Source of the DNA: the human T2T-CHM13v2.0 reference genome, Homo sapiens
Direction: 5' to 3' (one strand)
Assembly (NCBI RefSeq): GCF_009914755.1
Contig: NC_060939.1
Length of the DNA: 64,000 bases
The position numbers and the translations under genes are program-made. Under the pieces are notes generated by a model. It was not told the DNA's origin. It made no database searches and was given only the letters and a program-made list of their open reading frames with translations. Each line of letters opens with the position of its first letter. Position 1 is the stretch's first letter. Below are positions 14,793 to 30,346 of this stretch, in pieces.

Positions 14793-15074
14793 GGCCAGGT
14801 GCAGTGGCTCACGTCTGTTACCCCAGCACTTTGGGAGGCTGAGGAGAGGGGATCACTTGAGGCCAGGAGTTCGAGACCAGCCTGGACAACATGGTGAAAC
14901 CACATCTCTACTAAAAACATAAATATTAGCCAGGTGTGGTGGTGCTCACCTGTAATCCCAGCTACTCAGGAGGCTGAGGAAGAGAATTGCTTGAACCCGG
15001 GAGGTGGAGGCTGCAGTGAGCCAAGATTGTGCCATTGCACTCCAGCCTGGGCGAGAGAGGGAAACTCCATCTCA

Positions 15075-15106
<32 letters not shown>
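14793..15106 (+). mobile_element. AluS with (CAAAA)n tail and TSD
   Basis: TSD AACACTATTAAGGTTTA at 14775-14791 and 15107-15123. Confidence 0.93.
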
Positions 15107-18100
15107 AACACTATTAAGGTTTAGAAAAAGGAATACTTTGACTACCAGCACTGGGCAGCTTCATGTTCAACAAAGCATGCAAGATATTAACTGAGACTTT
15201 AAAAGCCAAGATATAGGGCTCAGAAAGGATAGACAAGGCAAGCAGCTGCTGTGAGGTCAACAAAAGCTGAATCAAAGGCCTGCCAAAAAGCAGCAAGGGG
15301 TCTTGCTGGGGTTTGCATGGCAGATCTGCACTGAACCCACTTAGCATGAGCCCGTGGCTATCCTGCTCAGCAACTCAGGACAGTAGGGTAGGGGTCGTCA
15401 AAGCAGGCAGAGCAAGAAGGGCAAGGAGGGGGCAGATTTTGGGGCTCCAGGGAGATGCCATTTACTGGCTAACAATGGGGTTTGTCTCGATGGGGAAGCA
15501 AATGGAGCCAAGAGGACCCAGGTATCAGAGGAGACCAAGAGATTAGAGGTCAAGGTAGGGTACAAAAAGGAAAGTAGAGCAGGAAGAAGGAAGAAAGAGA
15601 GGTAGGTACGTCTGGATTGAAGAGAAATTCCAAGCCACAAAGCAAGCCAAGAACTGGCTATTATGGGGCTGTAATGGAGTGTACATGAAGGTCACCGGCA
15701 AGGAAGGCTTAATCATGGGGAGATGAAGACTGCCAAAAGTTATCAACATTGTAGCCTCAGATCTTGAAACTTCAGTCCCACTCTCAAGTCCTACAGTAGA
15801 AGCATGAAACTTTAGGACAACCTTGCAGAAAGAGATCAATCATAACCACCTCTGGGCAAGTTCCTCTTGCCTTCTCAATCCAAAGTGGCATCACCATATA
15901 AAAGGTTGTCAGAAAGGAGGCTGTATGAGCTCATGGTAGAGCACCCCAAAGACCTATGATTATTATTTCAAGTCCTGGTTTGCTACCATCTTGATGAGTC
16001 ACATTCAACAAGTTTTTCCAGAGTAGGGAAAGAATTAAAGGTATTAATTAAGACTACCAGAACTACACAGAAAACTGAGGTGGCATGCTAACACCTGGGA
16101 TTCCAAGGATGATGCAGCGGTGTCAGGGGGAGCAATGGAAGTGTGGAGCCTGGGTGTAGGCAGAGCTACACCGGAACCTCCCGTGAAGAAGCATGCTTCT
16201 TGGAGAGGAATGCCAATGGAAGATGCTAAGGAGCAAGAAGCAGAACACTATCACTCAGGATCCAGAGATGCCCAGGCCTGTGTTAACAGGGCTGGAGGCA
16301 GATGGGGCCACGATATGAAGGAAATTGGCACAGAACACGTAGGATTTTGCTTCCAAACTGCCAGATGCCAGCTCCAGCTTTCCATCTGCCTCTTCTCATT
16401 CTCTCCTTTAGTGTTTCACTGTTTACATGGTACACGTCCAAATACATTTGCTGAACTCACAGAGGGAAGCTGGCTTGGTGAAAAGGCCAGGGATCTCAGG
16501 CCCCGAACAGCCCAGAAATACAAGGTGCCTCCTCTCTGGCACTTGGAAAGTCAGAACTCACAGGTCGCTGTTGAGAGTCTAGGGCGATCTCAGAAAGATC
16601 CAGGACACCACAGGAAGGGATACACTTGTTACTGCAGAACATGTTGCAACCTCAGCTGCCCCAAATCCATCTCACAGCTGTTTCTTTTTGCTCCCTTCTT
16701 CCTTCCTGCCAGCATCCTTCAGTGCTACCATGTGATTCAGGGTTATCAATAGAGAAATATGAGACGTCCTCTATGAATTTAACAGAAAACTGGCCTCTAT
16801 GGGCAATGCTATTCTAAAAACGAATGAGAAGAGGAGAAAAGGTAAAGACTAGAAGGAGATCTAGGAAGTACCAAATGCCCTGAGATCTAGCAGCCTTGGG
16901 CAGTTTCCTTAGAGTTACCTCTGCCAGGTCTACCAGAGACAGCAAGAGCCCTCCTCTTTCCCTTCAAGCTCCTGCCTTGATCGTCCCCCAACTTGAGCCA
17001 GAAGGAAGGCAAGCAGGGGCGGGCTACCCACAGAGAGGGGCGCTGGGGTCTCTGTGGGCATTCTGGCCATTCACATACAGAGTCATCACAGGTCTGGATG
17101 TGGTGAAAGGAGCAGAGAAACATGACAAGGGATACAGAGGCAGAAATCAGCTTTGCTTCCTTCAATTAGAGAAGGTCATGTCAGGAGGACTCCTTAAATT
17201 CAAGTGGCCAAAAATCAGCCCTAGTCCAAACTCCCATTCCCAGATCCACTCCCCTCCTTCCTTCCTGATCTCCAGTAGCCTCTCCTCACTCCCCTCCACC
17301 CACTCCCCCAGCCCAGTGAAACTCAAGCCCAACCACCTGTCCACTCAACATCCACCTAGGTCTGCAGGGAAGCCTGGTAGTAAAAGCCTGAGCCAGCACC
17401 ACAGCAAAATGTTTCTTCTTGTCTTGAACTAGAAATCAGTGAATGATGTTCTTGACAACAAGGGGCCTCAGGACCACATTTAACCAGCACCCAAAAAGAA
17501 AAGCCATAACCAAAACCCAAGGAGAGAGAAAAGGAAGGCAAGATAAAAAGGAGGAGGAGAAGGAAGATTCCTAGCCCTCTAGCAGAAAAACAGATAAATA
17601 AAGGCTATTAGGAAATAAATAAAAGATACAGAAAGAGACATCAGCCTGGGCCTGGAATGATTTTTTTCTCTTGCTGTAGTAATGATCTGATTAGGGTTCA
17701 ATCCTACTGCATTCTTCATGTCCTAACTCATCTTCACTGAGTCTAAACTGCCCAGGGAAGAAGGATGGCAGTCATGCAGGAGGCAGCTCCGATTAAGTCC
17801 CAGGCCCGATGAACTGAGGATTGCACATACCTCCTTGCACCTGAGGCCCGAGGACTCACTGCATCCCAGCGATGAGGGCAGAAGCGGGTGCTACTTTCCT
17901 CCTGACTGACTCTGCAGGGAGCAGCCTGGCTGGGAGGCCTCTCTCCACCTTGCCTGCTTCCTTCCTGAGCACAAGCTGCAGGTGGAGGGAGCCACAGTGC
18001 CTGCTGCCGAGATTTCAACCTGTCACTTCTGTTTGGGTTTCTCTTCCAGTGTGTCAGTCTCACTTGGCCAAGGCCAGAATACCAGGGAAGTTATATGGGC

Positions 18101-18647
18101 TGGCACAAGCTAATGCATCCAAGAGCAGCACCTTTATCTCTGAACAGCTACATCAGTGCTTCTGATACAGCTGAGATAAGGAAAAAGGAACAGATATTTA
18201 TTGTGCACCTATTATGGTTAGGCAGCATACTGCTTGATTTTATGAACATAATTTCAATCTGAGCAGTGGGCCTAAGAGGTAAGACGTTATTATTCCCATT
18301 TTATAGCTAGGATCGCTGAGGGAGACTAAATAACATACTCCAAGTTACATAGCTTGAAAGCGCTGATGCTCCTTATGGGAGAATACTAGAGAAAATGGAT
18401 TGACTACCTATGCTATAAAGGACCACAACTGTGCCAGAAGTAGGAATTAGCAGGCAGAGAATTTTTGTTTTTGTGTTTGCTCTTCTGAGGCCCCATACTC
18501 CTTGCCTCTGTCCAGCTTTTGAGTCCTCTTTTGGTGCCTTGGCTCTTAGTAGTTCCTGCCCTGGCAGAGTAACACAGTCCATGGAGAATCCTGGAAAGAT
18601 TTCCAGGGTTCCAGGGTTCTCACAGACCCCAGGCAAAATCAAACATC

Positions 18648-18946
18648 TTTTTTTTTTTTTTTTTTTGAGATGGAGTCTTGCACTGTTGCCCTGACTGGAG
18701 TGCAGTGGTGTGATCTCGGCTCCCTGTAACCTCCGCCTCCCGGGTTCAAGGAATTCTCCTGCCTCAGCCTCCTGAGTAGCTGGGATTACAGGCACCGCCA
18801 CCATGCCTGGCTAATTTTTTGTATTTTCAGTAGAGATGGGGTTTCACTATGTTGGTCAGACTGGTCTCGAACTCCTGACCTCATGATCCGACTGCCTCAG
18901 CCTCCCAAAGTGCTGGGATTACAGGCATAAGCTACCGCGCCTGGCC
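18648..18946 (-). mobile_element. AluS (Sg/Sc-like)
   Basis: Poly-T followed by reverse Alu; flanking CAAACATC repeat on both sides. Confidence 0.93.
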
Positions 18947-19759
18947 CCAAACATCCTTTTCATACTCCCCTCAGGGGCTCTCGGGAGTCCCAGAGCAGAG
19001 TGACGCAGACCAGCTCAGCTCAGGGCTGATTTTGGTTTTCTTTGAATCAATTACAGTGCAAGACACTGAAAGGCAACTAGCAATTTATTCCGGAGAGGGA
19101 GAGGTCTCACTCTTCCAAGTCTTTCATCAGGCTGAGGTTGCCCTTTTCTTCTTTCCGTTGTTGTTTTTCATTTTATTTCCTTCTTTATTTTTTAACTGCT
19201 TTGAGTCACATTTAAGCAAGACAGCCAAAAGCTCCAGGCCATCTAGAAATAAACACAGTTTATTCTTATTGTAACACAGTTAATGCACAATTTGATGAGA
19301 CACCCTTGGTTTGAAGAATTCAGGGAAGTTGTACCAAGAGGGCAGAGGTATGATGGGCACTTGAAGGCTGAGAGGTTTGGCAACCTGGCTTTTGGGGGAG
19401 AGGCTAATAAGGACTGCCAGGCTGAGGAGCAAGAGAGGGAAAGCGGGCAGTGCTGGCTGGGCCACAGCAGGAAGCCATCATGGGCCAATCCGGAGTTATG
19501 CGTATTCTTTTTCCTGGCAGCCCAGCATCAGCCCAGTCAAGACAGCTCACCTTCAGAGGAGAGAAAAACCAAGCATTTATTAAGCATCAACCATTAGTTT
19601 ATTCAATCCTCACAACAATCTTAGAAGCCCATAGTTCCCATTTGACAGATGGGAAAAATGGGGCTCAGGTAGCTTGAGGGTCACGGAGTGGTGAGACAGG
19701 CTTTGCTCTCATGCCTGACAGATCCCAGAGCTATTAATAACATTGGTGTAAAGACACCT

Positions 19760-20155
19760 GCGGTTCTCAAAGCCTGGTTCTCAGACCAGCAGCATCAGCC
19801 TCACCTGGGATCTTGTTAAAAATGCACATTCTTGGGTTCCATCCTTCTCCCACAATTGGAAGAGAAACTCTGGGGCAGGGGCCCAGCGATCTGCCTGTTA
19901 ACAAGCCCTCTGTGTAATGCTAATGTAGATTGTTCAAGAGCATTCAGCTGACTGGGAAGCATGGCCTAAAACAGTGATTCCCATAGTGTGAGCCCCAGGT
20001 CAGCAGCAGCAGCATCACCTGGAAACTGGTGAGAAAGTCAAGCTCCCAGCTTGTTACTGATATACTGAATCCAAGAGTCAGGGGTGGGGCCCAGAGGCGG
20101 GTGTTGTCACAAGCCTTTCAGGTGGCTCATAAGCATGCTCAAGCTGGACAACCAT
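19760..20155 (+). mobile_element. two tandem MER5A hAT-Charlie MITEs
   Basis: CAGCAGCATCA..CACCTGG..; GGGGCCCAG..AACAAGCC seen twice. Confidence 0.75.
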
Positions 20156-20957
20156 GGGCCAGTTTACATCCTGCCGCCCCTTCTTCCAGGAAGGGAGGGC
20201 AGTATAAGCAAAGAAAACCCAGAGTGCTTTCCTGTGGGCCATTAACAGCCACCCTTAGGCTGCCCAGGTACAAAATAATGGAGATTCTATAACTCATTAA
20301 CAAGCTCCAGGAGTTAAATAGTTGAACTTGTTATCTTTGCCTGAAGGACAAAGAGAGAAGAAGGCAAGAGAGAAAATCTAAGGATGCAAGCCCTGGGGGA
20401 GGGTCCAGAGTGCTGCAACACCCCCCCGCCCCACCCCGCAGGGAAGAGGAAATAGAGAGGCTTGGTAGGATGGCAAGACAGGGGTGTTCATGGGGGAAGA
20501 CTGAGAAAAAAGCATGTGTCTCCAATGGTTTGTTTTCTGTTTTTATTTCTTTGTTTGTTTCTTTGTTTCTGGTATTATGTATTCCAGAAGCAACCAGGCA
20601 GGAAGATGTGTGGCCTCAGGTAACTCACCAAATGGAAACTGATCTGTAGAAGAAATATACCAGACCAAGGGGGCTTGTCTCTGTCTCTCCGGAATATGCA
20701 GGTGCTACCAGCCCCTGATGAACACCGACCATGTGCCAAGCGCCATGGAGCAAGCTTAATGTACACCATTGGGTTTAGTTCTCACTGTAGCCCCCACTTC
20801 CCACTTCACAGAAGAGGAGACAGAGACTCAGAGGACTAAGTATTATACTCAAAGTCATACAGCTTGGAAATAAAAGCAGTGTCCTCTCTTGTCTTGCTGC
20901 CGGAAAGAACCAGGTGGCCTCTGGTCCAGCTCCATCCATTAGAATGATGAAGTGCAT

Positions 20958-21115
20958 GGCACTGCCCAAAATGGTGGCCACTGGCCACATGTGGTTACTG
21001 AGCTCTTGAAATGTGGCTACTTCTTCTGAGAAGCTGGTTTTTAAGTTTTATTTCATTTTAGTTAATTTAAATTGCCCACACACGGCTAGCAGCCATCGTA
21101 TTGGAGAGTGCAGCT
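20958..21115. mobile_element. MER3 hAT-Charlie MITE
   Basis: GGCCACTGGCCACATGTGG..TTGAAATGTGGCTA..GTATTGGA; ends at CTCTAGA target-like motif. Confidence 0.75.
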
Positions 21116-22242
21116 CTAGACCACTGGTGAGTTCCTGTCTCTGACATCAGGCTGATCCTGTCCCCTGGATGACTCAAGCTCCGAGAGAAGTGGAGACAGG
21201 ATTCTCACCCAGGCCCTAATCATGGAAAGAGCAACAAACACCCTTTGGCTTGGGTCACTCCCACCCAGCATCCTCTTGCTAGTAAATGATGACATCAATA
21301 GCCGTATATGATGTGGTTTTCCTGTGGCTCTGCCAAAGAAAATCTCTCTTTTCCTGGACCATCCCATTTCTACCATCAAACTAGAGAAATTCATCTTGAT
21401 ATACAGGTTCCTTGGGATTCGAATTGACAGACCTAGTCAGAAAGCAACGCCGGTCCTTAAATCGTGCTATCTTTAAGGCACAGTGCCAGAGCTCTCAGAA
21501 CCTCCATTTTCCCATCTGTAAAATGGGAATAAAATAATCACCTATGATAGTTATTGGAATCAAGTGAGCTGATGTATGATGTAAGGGACTTTCTACATCT
21601 CCCGGCACCCTTTTCCCCTTACACCCAATTCCACTCCACGATTCCTGTCTGACCTGTAAGCTCCAGGGGGTTGTTCTAACTATTAATGGACTATAAGGCA
21701 CCTCACATTTCCACCTTAAACAATATCTCCCCAAACTCCTTCTAGAATTAGTGTTGGAACCTACATGTAAACTGTACAGTGACCCTGCAGTGTGCATCCC
21801 TCAGCTGCCTGGATCAGCTGGGCCTCCCTGCCATGAACTTGACCACCCTGGCTCCTGCATGCTGGGCCTGAGCCAAGCCCACCCGAGGGCCTGAGCCACC
21901 ATCCACAGGGTCAACAACTCTATCTGCATGACGTCAGCCCCTGTCTAGCCGGGAACTCAGCGAGGATGTCAAAAATCAAATTAATTTTGCCTTCACCAGT
22001 ATGACTGTCAATAAAAAGTTATTATTCAGTCAGTAGATGTTTTAATTACCCAAATGTCAAGCACTGTCACCCTCCATTAGCAGCTTAACGGTCCTAATAG
22101 ACAACGCCCTGAAAGGAACCTCAGGAGAATCCTGAGCCCCACTGTGTCCCTAAAGAGGACCCCAGCAGAGCCACTTCACCCTAACCATTCACATTCCCTT
22201 CTTATAAGTCTCCAAAGGAGAAGTCTCCCTTTTTTCTTTATG

Positions 22243-22267
22243 TTTGTTGTTGTTGTTGTTGTTGTTG
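22243..22267. repeat. (GTT)n microsatellite
   Basis: Direct read. Confidence 0.9.
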
Positions 22268-22686
22268 CTGTATTTCTAAAAGTCTCTCTCTCGAAGAGCA
22301 TCCATGTACCTCAAAATTCCCTCCACCCAGCTGCAATTTCTCTTGCTTCGGTTCCATGATGGTTATTTGCAACAACAGTAGATACTGTTTTGTAGGCCAC
22401 AAAGTAGAGGGACCCTGAGCACCACTTGGTGGGGGCAGGGGGTGTCACATGAGAGTCCCAATTCTACTACTTGCTGACCATGTGCCTGGGGACAAATTAT
22501 TCAGCTTCCTTGGGCTTCAGTTTCCTCACCTGCGAAATAAGGATAGTCATACGTACTTTCTATGAGATCATGTATGTGAAGCACTAAACTCAGAGCCTGG
22601 CACACACTCAGCTTTCAGCTTAGGCTAGACACTGGTTTTGATGGTGGTGGTGCTATTGTTGTAGATTTAGGAAGCATCACAGAGCA

Positions 22687-23050
22687 TGTATTAGTCTGTT
22701 CTCATGCTGCTAATAAAGACATACCTGAGACTGCGTAATTTATAAAGAAAAAGAGGTTTAATGGACTCATAGTTCCACTTTGCTGGGGAGGCCTCACAAT
22801 TATGGCAGAAGGCTAAGGTGGAAGCAAGATATGTTTTACATGGTGGCAGGTAAGAGGATGTGTGCAGGGGAACTGCCCTTTATAAAACCATCAGATCTCA
22901 TGAGACTTATTCACTATCATAAGACCAGCACTGGAAAACCCACTCCCATGATTCAGTTACCTCCCACTGAGTCCCTCCCACAACATATGGGAATTATAGG
23001 AGCCACAATTCAAGATGAGATTTGGGTGGGGAGACAGCCAAACCATATCA
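22687..23050 (-). mobile_element. THE1 (B/C-like) solo LTR with 5-bp TSD
   Basis: TG...CA termini (TGTATTAGTC / AAACCATATCA); TSD GAGCA at 22682-22686 and 23051-23055. Confidence 0.92.
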
Positions 23051-23452
23051 GAGCAGATTAAGTGGGATTTCCTCTTTCAAGTCCTCTCCTGACCCCTCAC
23101 TACATCATCCTCTAATCCCCTAGTGCACCAGATGAGGCTTCTTTCACTGCCTTCATTGATGGTTTCATTTATTCAAATAATATTTCAATGTAAACACCTA
23201 CCACATGCCAAAAACTGCTCTCAGACAGGGGATACAAGAAGAAAATAGACAGGGAACTTGTCTTCACAGAGCATTAGGAGGGAGCTGATGACTTATCAAG
23301 TAAGTATACATATGTAAAAAAAAAAAAAAAAAAGCACTTAAAGCTGTGACGAATGCAATGAAGGAAAAGTACAGTGTACTATGAGAGAAAGCACAAAGGG
23401 GGCCTAACATTATCCAGCAAGCAGGGAACCACAGGTTTTAAAACACTTTTGA

Positions 23453-23749
23453 GGCTGGGTGCAGTGGCTCATGCCTGCAATCTCAACACTTTGGGAATCC
23501 GAGGTGGGTGGATCACCTGAGGTCAGGAGTTTGAGACCAGCCTGGTGAACATGGTGAAACCCCCACCTCTACCAAAAATACAAAAAATTAGCCGGGTGCA
23601 GTGCCATGTGCCTGTAGTCCCAGTACTCGGGAGGCTGAGGCATGAGAATCGCTTGAACCTAGGAGGCGGAGGTTGCAACGAGCCGAGATCATGCCACTGC
23701 ACTCCAGCCAGGGTGACAGAGCTAGACTCCATCAAATAAATAAATAAAT
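23453..23749 (+). mobile_element. AluS with (TAAA)n tail
   Basis: Dimeric Alu; TSD AAAACA(C/T)TTTTGAG. Confidence 0.93.
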
Positions 23750-25015
23750 AAAACATTTTTGAGGATGAAACTGCATTTCTCCAAGCAGATAAATGAAGGA
23801 ATGGACAGTTGGATGGATATAAATATTTCTGCTCTACCTTCAGTTGCTAAACTTTCCCCTGGCTTCTGGCCCCTTCCTCCCATTCCTGCTCCCTTCACTG
23901 GGTTTTTGCCTTCACTTTCTCTGTTCTCAGCAACATCTTGACCCCAGACCAATGTTTTATCTTGAGTCACGAACTGCATGGCTCAGAAATGCTGCCTGGA
24001 ATGCCATTTCTTCTCAAAAACCCTTACGTAGCCAACATTTTCCAGTCTGCCTTCCCAGCCCTGCCTCCCCCACCCTCGCCCTCACCCCAGAGTTGTCTCC
24101 ACGCCTCCCCATGGGAGTTTAAAAATGGAAAGCCACGTGCAAATCAAAACCTTGAGAAACCCGGCACTTTGGAGAAGTAAGCACCTTCCTGGGAAGGTGG
24201 TTTATGCCTGAGTCATTTGTCTGGCTACATTAGACTCCAAGGCCTCAGGCAGGGGAACAACGACGACGTTATATCTCCTAGCCTGCTGAACACAGTAGGG
24301 GTACTCAACAAATCATAAATAATGACAAGGATGAGGCAGCAAGTGGGAAGACTGAGTGAAACACTCTAAAAACCTCCCTCCTGTACTTGGAGCTGTCACG
24401 GAGTTGGGATGTGGCCCCGTTTCCTGCCTGAGCCTCTAGGCAAGGAACTTTACCCTGTTTGTAAAATAACAGGTGGGTCTCCTTCCCAGACACACAACTT
24501 AGAAACACTGGCACCAATAACCACACAACACAGCCAACTGAGGACAGAGCAGTGTGGGCTGCAAAGACAGAATCTCACAGGAAATCTCGGATCATGTCCT
24601 AACAGGCCCCACAGGCCTCCTGGGCTACAGGGATCCAGCCAGCAGCTCCCATTGGTTTGAGAATGGCAGCAAAGACAGCAACCCCCTGCCCAGGGGCCAT
24701 GCCTCTAAGAATAGAGGACAAACACATTCAGAGTTGGACAGAAGCTTGAATCTATAAGGTGTATACATCATGTCCTTGAACAGATGGGTCTCTTGACATC
24801 TCGGCACCTCCTCAGCTCTGTCCTCTTAGCATGGGCTCAGGGTCTGTTGCAATGTACACCCTATTGTATGTTCTGGGGGTAGAGGTACAGCAATACAGAA
24901 AGTCCCTGCTCTCAGGGAGCTTTGTCCTTATTGGCGAAGAAGCACATACCTCACATGGCACGTCCCAACAGGTGCTTCGATAATAGTAAAGTGGGGTTAA
25001 AGAAAAGTGGGGTCA

Positions 25016-25900
<885 letters not shown>

Positions 25901-26449
25901 ACGATCAGCGTTTTGACAAGAGCTAGGCCAGCAGCTAGCACAGAGCAGGTCCTCACACACATTAGAGCTTTTCTCCCTTCCCCAGCGCACCTGCCATCAG
26001 TCACAGGTGCCAAGAAAGCGGACGGATATACCAGGATGCCCCTGCTTCCAGAAGTTTAGGAGGCAGACAAGTACAGAGAGGAATTGGGAAAAATGGTGGC
26101 AGAGCCTACCTCCCTGACAAATTCTGTCTCCAGGGCACTGGCAGGCACGTGCTCTCAGCTCATAGCTTAAAGGGAGAGCAGACTTGAGCATACAGCCAGC
26201 TGATAGGGGTTGATTAGTGGCAAGAGAATTCTAGAACAAAACCCTAAAGGGATTTAATTTTGTTTTTAATTACAAAAGCAACATGGATTTAGTGGACATG
26301 CCATTTGACTCCAAAATTCCACTTACATGAACTGACAAAAGTCTATGCAATAATTTAAGTAAAGGACAGTCATCAATACATTATGAATAAAAAATGGGAA
26401 ACAATTTAAAATTCAAAGAAGTTTGCATTAAATCCCTAACTTGAAGATG

Positions 26450-27190
26450 GCGAAAGAAAAGCACGAAGAAAATAAAAATAAAAATCACCCATCATCTCCA
26501 AACCTAGAAATAACCCCAATTAAATGGCTGGCATTTATCTTTCCAACTCTTTTTTTTCTATGCACCAATATGGATTTTTTGTTGTCAATATAAAATTAGG
26601 ATTATATTAAATACAATCTGACTTTTTCTATGTAACAAATACCGTAAATATTTTTCATGTCTTTACATATTGTTCTACAACATATTTTAATGGTTTCATG
26701 GTGTTTCATTATTTGAATGAACCATGATTTACATAACAGATTTTGTATTGTTGGACATTTCAATCATTTCCAATTTTCCATCATTACAAATAGCACTTCA
26801 ATACACAACCTTGTATGTGAACTTTTGTGGCCATCTCTGATTATTTCCTTAAGGTAAGTAACATGCCAAAACATGGAATTGCTCAGTCAAAGAGAATATC
26901 TTTTTTAAGGTTTTTGAAAAATACTGTCAAACAAGCCCTCTGGTAAAGTTGTACCAATTTAATTCCCTATAGCAGGGGAATGAGAGCCCCCTTTTCTCTA
27001 TATCTAAACCATCATGTATTATTTTTGCCAATTTAATGGGGGAGAACAGAATCTTGTAACTGATTTAATTAATGTTTCTTTGATCCCTACTTAAGCTGAA
27101 CAAATTTCCATATGTTTATTAGCCATTTTACTTTCTAATTCTGGGAATTGCCTGTTCCTGCTTTTTGTTTATCTTCTTCATGCTGATTTT
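26450..27190 (-). mobile_element. old L1M (L1ME-like) fragment
   Basis: TTGTTGGACATTT..TTTCCAATTTT..GGAATTGCTCAGTCAAAG..GTTGTACCAATTTA. Confidence 0.75.
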
Positions 27191-28665
27191 TGAGCGCCCA
27201 AAGGCAACTGGCAATTTACAAGGAAAAGTTACTCCAAAAGCCACCCTGGGCCTGAGGACCAAACATCACTTACAGGAAGTCCCAGTAGGTTTGGCTAAAC
27301 CCCACAGTGACGTGGCTCTTCCAATCTCATGGCCAAAGAGCCCCAGATTGGAAGGCAGGAGCAAAGACCCAGAGTCCAAACAACTGAGGCTGGTTAGTCC
27401 CTGGCCTGGTTTCATCAGAGGTGGAGAGCAGCAGGCAGGGGAAGCAAGCATGGTGCCAATGACCTCCATATGGAAGCAGTTTGCCATCTCCATTGGGAAG
27501 GAAGGAAAGTGGGCACACAGGTGCAACTGGCAGTGTTGGTCCAACCAGTCAAGGCCAAAAAAAATGACTTATGCCTCGAGAATGAAAGTGCCACTACATG
27601 GCAGCTTAAGTCTCTGAGAGTCACCATGCTCAGTTCCCCTGTCCTTGCACTAAGCGGAGAGAGGCTGGGATGAATTAGCTGGAAGGGGAATTCTTAAACA
27701 GAGCTGTGTATAGTTCACTTCTAGCACAGATTGGCAAAGGGCAGCTGCTTGGGTTGGAAAGAAAACTGTTTCCCAAAGCTTGTTGAAATCTCCCTCCTGC
27801 GTGAGTGTGCCTGGCCAGGCTGAGATTGAGGCCTCCATATATGGACCCTAGAAATGAGACAGAAAGCCTTAGGGCCTGGATCCAATGACCAGTACCTAGG
27901 CTCAGAAGGTGACAGAAGGATGGGGTGGAGTGGGACAGGTGGGATGTGTCCCACACCTGCTGGACAACCAGGACACCCCAAGTGCGCCCCTGCCACCACT
28001 CCCATCCAGGCCTCAGAACTATGCAAACTGCGGTCACATTTTGTCCAGGCCACATTCCTCAATCCCACTGACCGACCATGTTTCCCAACCAGAGCCCAGA
28101 CATGCTAGCCCAACAAGTCTCATTCCATCTCTTCAAGCAAACTTCCAACTGCCTATGACAGGCATGGGCCCTTTCTGGAATCCTAGTGGGCTGGTCGTGG
28201 ACACTCCATCCTCTGTGTGCCTCCAACACGCCCAGTCCCTCTGAATCGGAAAGGGTAGGAGGCAAGGGCTGTGTGGGCAGTGCCCCCTTCCTTCTGAGCC
28301 CCCAGAATCCTCTTCATGTCAAAATGGCGCAGAGAGGGGCAAAAGTGGTCTCTCCATAAATGGGGCTGAAGTACCTGAGACAGGGCTGGTTCCCATGCCC
28401 GCTTGTTCCTCCATATGGTAACAGCCCCCAACCTCCAGGGCCCTGCCAAACCCTCCCCAACCACCTTACTGTGCATTTCTCATGAGGCTGAGGCCATTCG
28501 ATCAGAACCCATTCAGGTGCACTCAACTCTGCTGTGGCCCTCTGTGTCACCAAAACCCTGCTTTGCTTTTTCTTTCCAAGGGCAACCCTTCTTATGCCTT
28601 GCTCCCCCTGGGCTCTGCCCTCATTCCTACAACAATCTCCAAGCTCAGACTCTAAAAGGTTCACC

Positions 28666-29310
<645 letters not shown>

Positions 29311-29731
29311 TTTTGCTGCTGGAGCTAAGAGCCAAAGAATGTAGTGATTCCTACTCTAGAATACTAATAGGCTTGCAGAGTGTGTTCCCAAGAGACCTAC
29401 AGGTCCCACTAAGCCGGGAAGGAAATGGAATCGGGGTCTAACTGGGGCCGGGAGATGTTTACCCCTGATTTATCTGATTCAGCTCTTTATCTCTTTTACA
29501 CAGGGGCTTCCACAAAGACTTCTCTTGCCCAAAAGGCTCTCAGGCAAAACAACAACACAGAGAAGCTTACTCAGGGTTTCTCCAAATATACAGTGTTTCT
29601 CTGCTCCTTGGTCAAAAATTAAGAGGGAAGGATAAAAACTTCAAGGCCAACATACTTTGGAATGTCTGGATGACTGCGGGTGGGAAAAACCAATCATCCC
29701 TTTGGTGTCCTTATTCCTACCAGGAGACTAA

Positions 29732-30346
<615 letters not shown>

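Noticed and set aside
16120-16752. 210-aa plus-strand ORF
   Set aside because: GTG start, no recognisable domain or splice context; compatible with chance.
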